From Camelus ferus (lineage: Eukaryota), in NCBI RefSeq assembly GCF_009834535.1, contig NC_045696.1:63676001-63740000 (forward strand): a DNA stretch of 64,000 nucleotides, in the 5' to 3' direction. Each line of letters opens with the position of its first letter. Positions within the stretch are counted from its first letter, which is position 1. Under the pieces are notes generated by a model that made no database searches, had not been told where the DNA came from, and saw only the letters and a list, made by a program, of their open reading frames with translations. Shown here piece by piece: positions 46,770 through 59,750 of the stretch. The position numbers and the translations under genes are program-made.

Positions 46770-47142
46770 GTCTCCTGCGCTGGCTCTGTTTCTGCCCATG
46801 CAGCCCTTAGCTTTCCCTTCTAGCCGCTCTAAACAGCTCGTTCTGCCGTGAGCACACCACGTTCTGCTCACCTCCAGGTTTTGCACAAGCTGTTCCTGCT
46901 GCAAGGGAAGCCCTCTCCATCCTCCTCGAGGACACCTGGTTAGTCCTGTCTTTCGGGAGTCAGCTCAGACATCATTTTCTGCAGGAAGCTTCTCCCTGGA
47001 GTCTGTCAGGTATAGATGCTCCCCCTCCGCACTCCTCCGAGAACATTTGCACAGACGTGTCAGAGTGCTCACCACCCCCAACTCTGCATCTCCAGCTTGT
47101 TTACATGAGGGAGAGCACTGAAGCAGTGAGTGAATGAATGAA
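46770..47142 (+). mobile_element. L2 3' end
   Basis: TTTGCACAAGCTGTTCC...CAGCTCAGACATCA...GGAAGCTTCTCCCTG...GTGAATGAATGAA. Confidence 0.75.
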
Positions 47143-47499
47143 GGGCTTGAGAAAAGATATGGCTTCACAACCCAGTCCCCTGTGGGCAGGTACTAAGGCA
47201 AACCTTATGGGAAGCCTAAGTCTAAGAAAATGGCTCTAATTCTGTCCTTATTCCTTTTACAATTTTTAGGCATCTCATGTGAAACTGCAGGTGCTAATGT
47301 GAGGTTATTGCCCTGGAAGGAGGAGGGATCCACCCAAGCCAGGGAAGTGCACCTGGCATCAGTATTTGGGGTTAAGGGCCACACACAATTTGTCATCCGG
47401 CCATGGAAACCAAAACGTGTGTGGCTGTAATGATGCTCCACCTCGGGCCATGTCAGCAGGCCGTTCCTGAGAGCTGCGCAGAAGGCATTGAGAATAAGC

Positions 47500-47690
47500 C
47501 CCACACACCCCTGCGGTTCTTTAGATCTGCAAAGCTTTCACCATCACTGGTCTGATGGGATCGGAGTAGGCAGGGTGATGATAATTATTGCCCCTGTTTT
47601 AGAGATGAACATATTAAGCTTTAGGAAAATTGAGTTTTGCTTAATATCCCAGACAGTAAGTGGGAGGAAAGAACCCAGGTCTTCCTTCAA
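47500..47690 (-). mobile_element. MIR
   Basis: AGTAGGCAGG...ATTATTGCCCCTGTTTTAGAGATGA...GAACCCAGGTCTTC. Confidence 0.6.
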
Positions 47691-48819
47691 CAAATCCTCA
47701 GAGACCGTGGGTGTCAAGCACCATGAAAATGAAGGCACCAGGTTCTTGGCTCGTGGCACCAGGGAGCACCCAGGTTCATCAGGGAGACCCACGTGGAGCC
47801 TAACAAATGCTGCCGTCATGGTGGGTTCAAGGGTATATTGACGTCCAGAGGAGGGAGAGGTTTGTTCTGGCTGTGAAGTCAGGGAAGCCTTTACAGAAGA
47901 GGAGACTCTTAAATGGGGCATTGACAGGTGAGTAAGAGTCTTCTGGAAATAGAAGAACATAGGGAAGAGAACGCAGTGAGAAGAAACGCGCCACCACACG
48001 GCTCCCTGCTTCGGCACTGAAGTATTAGTCTTTCAATATTTAAGCCAGTAAAGACAGTAAGAGCACATGCGGTGGTTTATAAATCTGAAGGTCTCAGAAG
48101 TTGCTGTAAAGCACGATCTTCTGGGCCTCACCGAATCTCTGTGGCAAAGAACTGATCCTCATGTTCTTTGAGCAACTCTTCCAGAGGGATTTGGGAATCA
48201 TCACCCATTGAAGAGGAAACTGGGATAGTAGTTGGAGAGGGATGAAAGGGGTCAATAGAGGGTTATTTTAAGATGGGAGATACTACAACATGTCTGGAAT
48301 GATCCAGAAGAAAGGCCAAAACAGTGCCCAAGCGTCAACCTGCAGCATTGGTCTGAACCTGCTTTAACTGACATTCAGCGTCCTCTTCCAGCATCCTCTG
48401 TGTGACTTAGTGCGTTTATGCCTGGCTCCTTGGCTTCTCGCCTTCCATCTCCACTCTCTTCTTTCTCTCCAGTTCCCCATCGTCAACGCCAGCACCATCG
48501 CTGCTGATTACTGGGAGAGAAGACCAGAAATATCCATCTAGTCAGGCCTCCTCACTCCATTTGTGTGTCTCTTGGGAAGGAAGCACAGATACAAGTGTAA
48601 GGTTCTAAGGGGATTGGAGCCAATCTTCAAGAAGCCTCAGCTCCCACAGGCTCCAGAGTCCTGTATTCGGCAGCATTCAAGGGCCTCCTGTGAAACCACT
48701 GTGGTACAGCCAACTCATTGACTTGCAGGTCTACATTGAAGACCCATACTCTAGTCTCTGTATCCTTCGCTGCTTTTAGTAGACATTATTGTATTAAGTT
48801 CATTTAGGGATGGCAATCC

Positions 48820-49400
48820 ATCCAACAGCCAGTTGTTGAAAAACAATGCAACCCTCCTCCAAACTCCTTTCTTGCTGAAAGGGCAGGACCTAGGAACTCA
48901 TATTGGTATCATGTACCACAGCTCCTCATTGGCTGATTCGCCCAAGGATGGACACATGACATTAGGCTACCGTCTGGGCCAAGCCAAGCGGCTTCTTTTT
49001 TGAAATAATCTGAGCCAAGAGACAGAGACTCAAGTTAGGAGTATTCATGAACTGAAAGTCCTGAGATATCAGGTAGTAGCTAGTACTGTGTATGACCAAC
49101 CAGGAGTCACAGCAAGCCTAAAATATGCAAGACAGTAAAAGAAGAGTCTTGCAGAGAGGCCCAGTCTGTGAGGAGTATGGAGTTGAATTAAAAAAAAAGA
49201 GAGAGAGAGATGAAGGTTCCTGTAGCTTTTAATGGACAGAGAAAGGAGACTTTTCTGTTCCCTTGTGGCCCAGCGTCACTCCCTCCCTGTCCTTGGAGGT
49301 CAATAATAGTCCCCTGTATCCTTTTAGGGACCACTCTTTTCATTTGAAATTGAGAGGGTATTTGATCCTTATTGCCAACATGTCCTAAGTAAGAAAGATA
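48820..49400 (+). mobile_element. Old ERV-L-type LTR, degraded
   Basis: CTCATTGGCTGATTCGCCCAAGGATGGACACATGAC; 3' end TCCTTATTGCCAACATGTCCTAA. Confidence 0.4.
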
Positions 49401-51049
49401 CTAAAGCCTAAGAGTTAGTCTAGGTAAATTAATCCTTGGAATTCCTTGGTTCACTTCAATAAACATTCCATGAACAGCTTTCATGTGCCAACTTCGGGGG
49501 TTCTGAATAAAACTGAGACACATCATCTGTCCTAGAAGAGTCCTCAGACTGGAAAAATGTGTTCCCTCATTCCCAGAAGACAAGGTAGTTTAATATTAGC
49601 ACCCTAAGAGAAGTGCAGATGGGAGACTGGAGGGGTGGACCACAGCTGGGCAAGCAGGAAGAACTTGATGGAAGAGGGCCTTCAAGGACAGGTGGAATTC
49701 AATATTGGAAAGAGGAAGGAGGAGTGGAAAGCACGATGTTCATGGAACATGGTACACTGAATGGTTTGGAAGAATTCTGTGGTTTAGAAGAACATTAGAT
49801 GAGTCTGTGAGACAGGTTTGATTGTAATTACGAGGGGTCTTAAAGCCATGTGAAATTTGTTATCACAGACTCCTTAGAATGGGAAGATCTTGGATGTCAT
49901 CTAGTCTAACTTGGGTGATTTATCCCTATCTCAGCCGCCATGACTGAGTGCATCCCAAGTGCTTATCTGAGACATTGTCATTTCAGTGGTAATGACTCAA
50001 ACTACTCTTCTCTCTTCAACAACCTATAGTTCTTTCCAGAAGGGCCCGCTTGCTGTTGAGAAGGGTCTTAGAGATCAGGGAATTAGGAATTTTGCAGCAC
50101 ATGGTCTGAAACAGCAGTTTGTGAGGTTAAAAAATAAGGGAGGGACGTTCCCTGTGTGTCAGCATTAGGCACTGAGGTTTAGGTTTTGTAACACCTCATC
50201 TGCGAGGTAGATGTGACAACCCCTTTTCTGACGAGAGAATGGAAGCTCTAGGCAGGAGAAGAAAAGTTCTCCAGGTCTGACAGTTGCAAGAGGTGAAGCA
50301 GGAGTGTGACCCAGGTTTACGACAGTCATGTGTTTCTGTCTCTCGCTGCGCTTCCTTTAAGGCTAGACCAGCCTGATTTCAAGTAAATATCATTCACGAA
50401 GGAATTTCACAATGACCTTCACTTAAAACAATGACTGATGGCTGGAAGTGGATGGGTGGAGGACAAAGATTATAACAACAAAAGCTTCATTGCACGAGTT
50501 TAGCAAAGCTCTAAACCACACACACCAGAAGTCTACAGAGACATTTGGCAGAATGGTTATTTCTTTTTGAATAATTCCAGGACTCAATTTATAAGAAGCC
50601 TTGAGTCCCCAAATTCAAAATCAGTTGTCATCTTACAAATCCCTCTTGAGACCATACAGTGCTTCCAGCTTCCAGAAACAGCAGGTGCAATGGCTTCCAT
50701 GAGTAATGTCATCACCTAGTACACGGGAGAAATAGAGGAAGGAACATATATGGATGGGGGACAGGAGAAGGAGGCAGCTTGAGATTCTTTCTGGGTCCTG
50801 TCCAGCTGGAACACTCTTGGAGTTAGAAGGGGGAAATGCTGGTAGCTTGGGGGTCCAGGAGCCTTAGGTGGAGGTCTGGGGGGCTGGGGAGGGGAGCTAG
50901 GGAGAGCATTGTAAGGAGACAGAAGTGATCTGGAGGCAAGGAAGTCCGGGACGGGCCGATGGCAGACGGAGGGACCAGATGGAAGAGCAGCTGAGGTCTG
51001 TGAGAAGGTGGGACCCAGCCGCCGTCTGAGCAGGCCAGAGTGCTTGGCA

Positions 51050-51212
51050 CAGGCTTCCAAACTTCAGGGCGCATTAGACTCACATAGGAAGCTGATTAAA
51101 ACTATGGTTCCTGGGGGAATCCCCAGAGACTGGGTCTGGGATGCGCTGGAAGTAGCATTTGTGACCGATTCCCCAGGTGATCCTAAACAGGCAGTTTTTG
51201 GTAGACACTGGC
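51050..51212 (+). mobile_element. MER5-like element
   Basis: TTCCAAACTTCAGGGCGCATTAGACTCACATAGGAAGCTGATTAAAA...TCCCCAGGTGATCCTAA. Confidence 0.65.
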
Positions 51213-52249
51213 GACAGGATTTTCCTTCATGGACATCTGTTATCTGCTCTGTAAATTGAGAGGGTTGTCAAGGACATTTCCTACTGTCCCTGCCAACTCT
51301 GACTCTGGGCATCTCAAAGGCTCGCATGCCATCTCTTTGCCCACACTTGTAGGTCTCACTATCTCTCTCAACATAGTTGCTTTTTAATTTACAGGGCGGG
51401 CAGGTTGTCAGGTACCTGCTTAGCTCCTGGAAAAGCCTACAGCTAAAAGACTCTATCAACTCCATCTGCTCTGCCCATTTGGGTAAGAAGAAGGCAGTAT
51501 CACATGTATTCACATGGGCATCCAAATGGAACAGAGTCCCTCTCTCTGGAGGCCAAGGCTTGGGGTCAGGACAAAACCACTTCCAGATCTCAGGTCACAG
51601 GATCACGCAGGATGGTTTATTGAAGGAAGAAAGCTTCAAGGACTCAAGGGAAATTAAACATGTATATTTCTCTGGCTATTACGCATGTACTTACCCTTGA
51701 AAAATAGTCCCCATGTCCTGCCTGGAAGAAAAGCCAGATTCTCAATGAATCTGTGTTCTGACGCACCCAGAGGACATGGGGTTTTCCACACAGCAAAGCC
51801 ACATGAAAGGCTTCACAGCAGCCTGCGCTGTTCCTGCTACAGCTCCTTCAGGGCTGACTGGAGAGTCAGGGAGTCCTGTCTGGGAAAACAAGACAGGCTG
51901 AGCCTGAGACGTTGATTTCTAGTTCCAGGTTCTCCCTGAAATGTGAATGGGGGAATTTTCCACTTCTTGTCCTGATTCACCTTGGCAGAATCTTTGGAGT
52001 CCCGGACTAGGGCAGGGAAAGTCTCTTTCAGATGGGCATCCAGCCAGATTTGCACCCCAAATGAATAGTTCTCTCTGCTGTTCTGGTATCAGTTGTCTCC
52101 TTTTGGCCAGGAAGAGGCTCCATCCACCTGACTTCTGCTTTAGTCATTTGCTTTGGGAGGAATTGGGCCAGAATGTCAGGACAAGAGAATGCCACAGGGC
52201 CATGTGAGTCCTCACCACCGGATACGGATTAAGTGGGTGCTGTAGATCC

Positions 52250-52960
52250 ATTTGTACTAACTGAATTACTAGGATACTTCACGTTCTATGCTAGCCTTTT
52301 GAGATTAGAAGGTAAATAGGACACAGTCCCTGTTCTTAAAAGTTTACAGTCTAGAGGTGGTGACGGCTGTGCAAATATCAGTCAGGGCCTGATAAAGATG
52401 ACGAGAGGCAGAGAAATGGGGGATATAGGCTCTGGCTGGAAGGCATCAGGGAATGCTTCCTGGAGGGGGTGGCATTTTCACTGGGTCTTGAAGGATCAAT
52501 GGGACTAAGAGGCGGTGGAAGGGATAGGGGAGGGGCTGTCAGAAAAAAGCACTGTGGTTAGAACATCCTGGTGCCTAGGGCTACAGTGAATAGTCTGGGG
52601 TCACGGGTAGATATGCAAAGAGAGGAGTTGGAAATGAGGCTGAAAGAAAAGGCAGGGCCAGGCCATGACGGGCATCCTAGGTCATGGTGAGGGTCTGGAC
52701 GTGACAAGGCAGCAATGGACAGCCATTAAAGGACTCAGCACTCGGCTCTGGAGAGAGAGGAGTTGGATGAAGAGAGAACAGGTAGAAAGTTTTTGCAATA
52801 AACCAGATAAGGAATCATGTTGGCCAATGCTAGGCCATAGAAATTAAAAGTGAAGGACAGTATCAAAATATATTTTTGAAAAGAAAATAAATGGATTGTT
52901 TGGCCATGGGGAGATTGAGAGCTGAAAGATTCCCAAATATGTGCTGATCCCCAGTTCAGA
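52250..52960 (-). mobile_element. L2 3' region
   Basis: ACAGTCCCTGTTCTTAAAAGTTTACAGTCTAG...ATCAGGGAATGCTTCCTGGAGG...GGGTCTTGAAGGAT. Confidence 0.8.
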
Positions 52961-53544
52961 CAATGGTAGGGGGATGGTAGGATGGTTGGTGGTTACTCGC
53001 AAAGGCTCCAGAATCAGAGGACCTCTGTCCAACGCCTGGGATTTCAGCTTCCTGGATAGGAAACTGATCAACTTCTCTGCACCTCAGTTTCCTCTTCTGG
53101 GAAAGGGAATGAACAAATCGCACAGTAAATCTGTCAGCTATCACTGTATTGACAAGCTTAGCACTTTTTGGTATAAGTCATTCTCCAGGGTGCCTGAAGG
53201 CTTGTGACTTGGACTTTAAACAGGGTGCGCTGTGAAGAGGGGGGGCCTGGTGCATCGCTTTGCTCATGAGGGAGGGGCCCACTCCACCCATTCTTACTCT
53301 CCATCTGGTAACACATGTGACGATTCTGTTAAGTGATAAAATCTTGTCTGAAAAAAAAAAAACCTTCTTTTGAAAGTGAAAGGGTCTTAGAAAGTGTTGT
53401 TTCTTGGGCAGAAAATGAAATTTTTATGGAAAAAACCACTGCCAGAATGGCATTTGAGAATTTGAGGTTTCTCCAAAGACTCCTGCAATTCATCCTTTGC
53501 ATTCTCACTGTAAAAGTTATCAGAGTGCTGTGATGTGTGGGGTT

Positions 53545-54260
53545 TTAAAAATCATTCAACAACATAAAAAGTCCATAAAACATACCAACAAAGCAAATCA
53601 TTATAAAAGGAGTATTTGCATAACCACCACTGTTCAGGACAAGTAACAGAACATTGTCAGCACCCTGGAGCACCTTCCTTTCACACCTCTTCCCATCAAA
53701 AATAACTTTGTCTTGAATTTTAAGGCAACAATCTCCTTGCTTTTCTCTCCTCCCACCACCTAAATATGTACCTCTATTCCTGACCACCAAGATTCCATTC
53801 TGATTGTCTTTGACCTCCATACATGGACTCAGATGTACTTCTGTGCCTGGCTTCCCTTTCTCAACATTTGGGACAATACCACCCACGCTAGTGTGAGCCT
53901 GCCGTTTGAGTATTTTCACCACCTATAAAAGTACACCACAATGCACTCATCCATTTGACCTTTGATGGGCATTTGTGTCGTTCTTCTGGGGGACTAAATG
54001 GTGGGACTATTCTGAACGGTACTGCTAGGAATGTTCTTATCCATGTGGGTGCATTTGTTGGAATTTTCCTGAAAGTGGAATTGCTGGGTCATAAAAACTA
54101 TGCATAGCTTCATCTTTAATAAATGCTTCTAAACAGTCTTCCAGAGTTAGTCTTCCAGTCTTCCCCAGCCTACCTATGCTTCCACCAGCAGCACCGAGAA
54201 TTCTCACCTCTCTCCATGCTCACTCAAACCTGGTGTTGCCGATCTTTTTTATGTTTTATG
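53545..54260 (-). mobile_element. Old L1ME-like 3' region
   Basis: CATCCATTTGACCTTTGATGGGCATTTG...AAGTGGAATTGCTGGGTCATA. Confidence 0.8.
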
Positions 54261-54573
54261 ACTGAAGGGGGTTTGAAGGGCATCCCACACAAATAACCAG
54301 AGGTTAGTGTGCTGCCAGATCAATTTCAGAGCTAAAGAGCTACAATATTTGTAAAGAAGTACAATAAGTTACTTTCTCAGGGAAAGGCCCATAACTTATG
54401 CTTTAACATGCAGAAGATGATTGTGAATCTCTGAATGGATTTATAGATGCAGGCTGCTGTGGGTGGGCTTCTGGTGCCAAGAGAGTGAGTTGTAAGGAGA
54501 TGAAATGATATCTCAGAAAAATCTTTGAGATGGAAATAGAGGCAGGGATGGAAAGAATCAAGAATGCACAGAA

Positions 54574-54636
54574 GGGGGGAGGGTATAGCTCAGTGGTAGA
54601 GTGCGTGCCTAGCATGCACAAGGCCCTGGGTTCAAT
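54574..54636 (+). mobile_element. tRNA-Ala-derived SINE head (vic-1 type), 3'-truncated
   Basis: GGGTATAGCTCAGTGGTAGAGTGCGTGCCTAGCATGCACAAGGCCCTGGGTTCAAT, then stops. Confidence 0.88.
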
Positions 54637-55035
54637 AATTTAAACATGTTTTAATATTTATTGTTAACTTAAATGAATATTATTGTTAACCCAACCAGGG
54701 CACAGAGAAAGAAGTGCACTTAAGTGAGCAGATCCCAAAATCTTATTGGCTGAGTTGACCCAGGAGCCTGTGGAAACATCTTAGACCAGACACCCAAAGG
54801 TGGACTTGGAGACAGTTTGGCAAAGACCTTATGCTCCTCCCAAGCCCGAAATGTGGCAATGTGGTACAGTTCTGGAATTAGATGGACGTGAGTGTGATCC
54901 GATTCCAGTGTTCACGAGACCCTTGGCAAACTGTTCAGTTCTCAGCCTCTTAATCAGTACAACTTGAGGGATTAAATCTATCAGGCAGAGCTATTATGGA
55001 AGTAAACACAATCATGTACGTAATAGGCAGTTTTA

Positions 55036-58000
55036 CCAGTCTGGGTTTGATAAGAAATGCAGAACCACCAAGTCACCTACCAGGGACCACAAAGTAGTAC
55101 TGATCCAGGAGTCTACAGAAAGCTCTGCATTTGATGGTGGCCTGAGGTTACTAAAGGTCAGTTGGAAATGCAGTTGGGAAAAAGTACTGGACATAAAGCA
55201 GAAGAGAGCAGGGTCAAACTGGAACTCACAAAGACAAAACTCAATTCATAATGGTCAGCTCGGATCTCATGGGAATTTGCCAGCCCATGGAATACACTTA
55301 GTCTTCATTATGTCCAATAGCAAGCTAGAGAATTTCCCCAAAGGGAGAATAATTACCTGCAGAGCATGGCATAGTTTTGCACTCAAATCCTGAAGATCTG
55401 TCCTATGACTTATTCATAGGGACCTGCTAAGGGTTCCATAAAGCTTCCTAAGCTGCCGCAAGACACTTCTAGCACAAACGGACCTGCCGACTCTTATATT
55501 GCATTCAGATGGTAGAGCAGCTTGCTCAGCAAGCTGGATCTGTTGCAAAGTCTTCTTAGTTTCTGGACCCAACTCAAAAGTGGTAGGCTTTCCAATTACT
55601 CAATAAATGAGTTAAAGTAAAATGACCACATGAAGTATATAGTTGCCTCCAAAATCCAGAGGCTCACTGGGCATTCTGCCACTTCCTCAGGGGTAAGAGA
55701 GGCCAGCTGCTTCGATTTCTCTTTCCCATTGGACAAAACATCTCAACATGCCCTCATCATTGGACTCTTTGGAATGTCACCAAGATAGCTGACCCCTGAT
55801 GTTTTGTGAGTTTCATTTTCCTCCATCCACTTACATTTTTCATACCAAGGTATTCAGAGGAGCTGTCATCTCCTGCCCACCAGGACCAATCAGCATAGTA
55901 GATTGGAGATCAGCATACAGATGATTTCCTGTGGAACCAAGAGGCTGTCAGGGTCCCTGGGGTTGGTTATTAACAGTCGACTGAGGAGTTAATATAGCCC
56001 TTAGGCAGCACAGTGAAGGTATATTGCCAGCCCTGCTGGCTGAAAGCGAACTGCTCCTGGTGGTCTTTCTTAAGAGAAATAGACATAAAAGCATTTGCCA
56101 AATCAATCAAGTGTTGACAGTCTTCAGCAGAAGAACCACACCTGGAAAAGGAGTTTCAATGGGAGTTACCCTCAAATTAAGTTAATGATAATCCATTGTT
56201 ATTCTCCTAGATCAGTTTATCAGGCCAAATAAGCTAGTTGGCTGGGGAGGTGGTGGGACCTCTGCATCTTTCATGCCCACGATGGTGACACCAATGTCTG
56301 CCTTACCTTCAAGAATGTGGTCTTCTTTACTTTAACCTTTTGCAAGTAGAAGTGATTCTACTGGCTTCCACTTGACCTTTCCTACCAGAAATGGCCCTTA
56401 CTCCATGGATAAGGAAAGCAATGTGGTGAGTCTCCTTGTTGCTAAGTATGTCTATTCCTAAAACGAACAGTTCTGGAACTGGGGAAATAAGTACAGGGTA
56501 TTCGGAGACACGCTGAGCCCACTGCGAGACGAACCCAGGCCAAAACTCCACTGATCACCTCACCTCCTTAAGCCCCTATTCTGACTGTGGACCATAGAGG
56601 CCTTTTCAGTCTCTTGAAATTGGTGCCAGTTCAGAGCCAATGCCCAGTAATTCCTGAAAGATGTGGTGATTTTCCTCTCACCAGTATGAAGCCTCACTGA
56701 TAAATGTCCTCAGGTACCTCTGGGAAAACCTAGAAAAAAGATTTACTGTATAAATTTTGAGCTGAGTAATAGTTTCCTCCTTAGAGGATCCATCCTCTCT
56801 TTCATTCAAATGGTTATGAGACTGAGTCTGGGAATTGACTGAGGGGGCTATGATTTCCTACTGCAATCAAGTCACCTCTATTCAGCAGACCTAGAGTTTT
56901 TCAATGTATTCAAGTCAAATAAGACTTGAGTAGGCCACTCATCAATTCCAGTTTTCCAGACACTCTGATCAATTAGCCAAAGCCAAAGAGCTCTCCGCAG
57001 GTCACACCATTCTAATTAACGCTTTGGCTCTGCTGTCCATTATGATAACACCTCATCCCTGGGGATTAAGTTTTTTACACTTGGTTTCTGCCATCTGGGC
57101 ATCCTATCGACTCCATGAATTTGTGGGGCCCACGTCCATAGCAGCTGCACCAAGGTCATTCCTGGTCTACAGTTATTAGCTACTACAGGTTTTTCAAAGA
57201 TACTGGGACCTCCCTCCTGTAGTATGCATACCATGTTACAAGGCCTTGGACACCCCTGGTGACATAATTAGAAGGTGAGTAAGCAAGTCTCATGTAATAA
57301 ATCTACTCCGGATTTCTGATTTCCTTAAGCCATTGGCTACCTCCTGCTACATTATATCAAGAAAGTTCTAGTATTTCAGTTGTACTAGGTGTAAGTCGCT
57401 ATTGTGTCTAGGGTTTAGTTCAATGAACAAAGCCAACTATTAGAGCCACTCTAAGTTACTTGAAGTAACACACTGAATTCAGAATCTCTGCTCTTTGCCC
57501 CTCTATTGACATATTTGGCCTCATTTGGTACTAGGTTCCTTCCACCCTGATTCAACATTTGGAAGATCCCTTTCTAAACATGTTCCTCAGGTTTCTGTGA
57601 CTATAAATTGGAAAAACTTGGCAATTCTTTTGCTGTAGATGACATTTTCACATGGATCACACTTTAATCTGTAACCCCCACGGCTGCTGGAACTTGAGTC
57701 CAGTCTGGAAGCAAAGAGCGGCGGAGGGGACAGATCCTAAGGAGGATTAGCAGTTTCCTGCAAGGACCTTAGGTCCTTGGTTCTGGCCCAGGTCCAGTGA
57801 AAGACTCCTTCAGAAAAAGGAAGACTGAGCTCTTCGGTTAGGAAGGAAGTGTTGCTACTTCTAGCAAAGGAGTCCGCAACATTCAGACGTTAAGCTCCCC
57901 CAGCCTCATCTGAATCTGCCCGTATGTCTCTTTCCCAGTGTTCAAGGTCCCATTCTTCCTAATCAATGTCCTAACTTTAATATAAGAGACCCTGTGAGGT

Positions 58001-58960
58001 CGTAATTTCAGTTTGCATCGTTTGCCCCAAGATTAGACTCTGGGTTTGATTTTGAGAAGTCTTGGCTCTATAGACATAGGAGGTATAGGTTTTCCTTAGC
58101 CAGACCTTGAGTCAGGGACTTGAAGCCCTAAGGTCATAATTTTCTTCCTCCAAGTTCTCTAACACACTTAGAAACTACCCAGCAATCCTTCTCTCCCCCT
58201 TGTTTTCACCAAAATGTTCTAGGACAGCAAATATTTGGTCATCCAAAGCCTTGCCTCCTCGAGGTACTTAATTACAGGTGTTACAGGTGATAATTTAGGT
58301 AGTGTTTGGCCACCGCCTACCATGAACCACCAGTGTCCTCTTTATCACTGGCTTCAGGATCGTTAATGTGTTTAAATACGATCAGACCAGAAAACCCATT
58401 CCAGAAATCAGTTCCAGAACCAATTCAGAGACCCCATTCTTGAGATTCTCTTGTTCAAGTTTCGATCAGAGAAGCAGAGCTGCTCTCGATGACACAAAAT
58501 TAAGGATTTCTTATAGGGATTAGAAGTGACCCAATTGTGAGAGACGCCAAGGAGGTAAAGGTCCAGAAGAGAAAAGTTACTAACCAAGACAACTGGTGAG
58601 GAATTCTAGGGGAGACTCTTGCTCTGTGTCTCCTGGTGGTTGTGAAGTTGCCATAGGGTTAGCCAGTCTGAAGTGGGAGGGAGCGAGGACAATTCAGGCC
58701 CCATGCCTGTCTCTTACCACATCTGACCTGGACAATGTACAAAAGAAGCTTGCACCATCTGCCGTGGAGCTACACGCATGCGTGACGCAGGACTCAGCGG
58801 GAGCTGGACAGGCTGCAGAGTGGGCTCCTTCCCCATGCCAAGGTCAGCGACAACGCATGAGCGTGAGCTGTAGTGGCACCTGGGGTCCCGCACAGACCTT
58901 CAACTGAAATGATTGTTCCCTCACTCGGCCTTCCAAACCTCATGCCAATTGCTCTGTGGC
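55036..58960 (-). mobile_element. ERV-L proviral remnant: 5' LTR (~58455-58960), gag-pro-RT-RNaseH (~55245-58450), partial 3' LTR (~55036-55240)
   Basis: Minus-strand translation gives IDLANAF (~56088-56107), FAF..QG.QYTFTVLPKGYINS (~55988-56050), protease-like VLISPVPELFVLGIDILS (ORF 56327-56551) and an ERV-L gag-like N-terminus near 58400; many stops and frameshifts. Confidence 0.88.
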
Positions 58961-59534
58961 CAGCTGGGAGGAGGGCCTTACACAGAACGGAGATCTGGGA
59001 AATGTTGGATCTTTGCAAGGCTGGTCCGGTATAAAACTACCCCAGGTCTACAATACTGTGTAGCTCTTATTGAAGGAGCTCAAGCTCTAACCTAAGGATC
59101 GGTATCTAGAGACAGATGTCAAGAGGGATTCGGGGAGAGAAGCCACAGAATAATTGGGATATGAATCAGCCTAAATGAAGACTGTAAGCTTTTACTCATA
59201 AAATCAGGGTCTGGAAAGCCAGAGGGAAGGGCAGGCTTTGCTCCAGACATTTCTGAATTTAACAATGATGATAACCCACCCCGCTCTTAGAGAGCATTTG
59301 ATGGCTTGTGAAGTGGTTTCACATCTATCATTTCATTTTGGGTGAACTGACCTTCCACTTCATTTACTTATTCACTAAATACCTATTGAGCATCTGTTCT
59401 GTGCCAGGCACTGTGCGAGGCATTTTACACATGTTGCTCCCAGCACGATATCTCCTGTATATTTCACTACATCTCTGGGCCATCACGGCTTTGGGATGCG
59501 GAGATGAACAAGACCCTGTCCTTGCTCTCTTGAA

Positions 59535-59750
59535 CAGAGGTCAGCAAACTCTGTAAAGAGACAGACAGTAAATATTTTTGGCTTTGTGGTCCATGTGGTC
59601 TCTGTTACAACTACTCAACTCTACAGTTATAGAGAAGAGTGGCCTTAGAATACAAAAATGAACGGATGTGACTGTGTTTCAACAAAGTTTTAGATACAAA
59701 AACAGGAGGTGGGACAGATTTTGCCTGTGCGCCATAGTTTGCTACCCCTG
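59535..59750 (-). mobile_element. MER58A hAT-Charlie element
   Basis: TIRs CAGAGGTCAGCAAACT / AGTTTGCTACCCCTG; GTAAATATTTTTGGCTTTGTGG...ACAACTACTCAACTCT. Confidence 0.9.

Noticed and set aside
48453..48600. Strong acceptor CTCTCTTCTTTCTCTCCAG as a coding exon start
   Set aside because: One frame stops early, the other peptide I checked is unrecognisable, and the nearest donor is weak
54574..54636. Functional tRNA-Ala(AGC) gene (also at 149, 6131, 16106, 30404, 31451)
   Set aside because: Substitutions, extra 5' G-rich leaders, A-rich tails and TSDs, or truncation mark them as SINE copies
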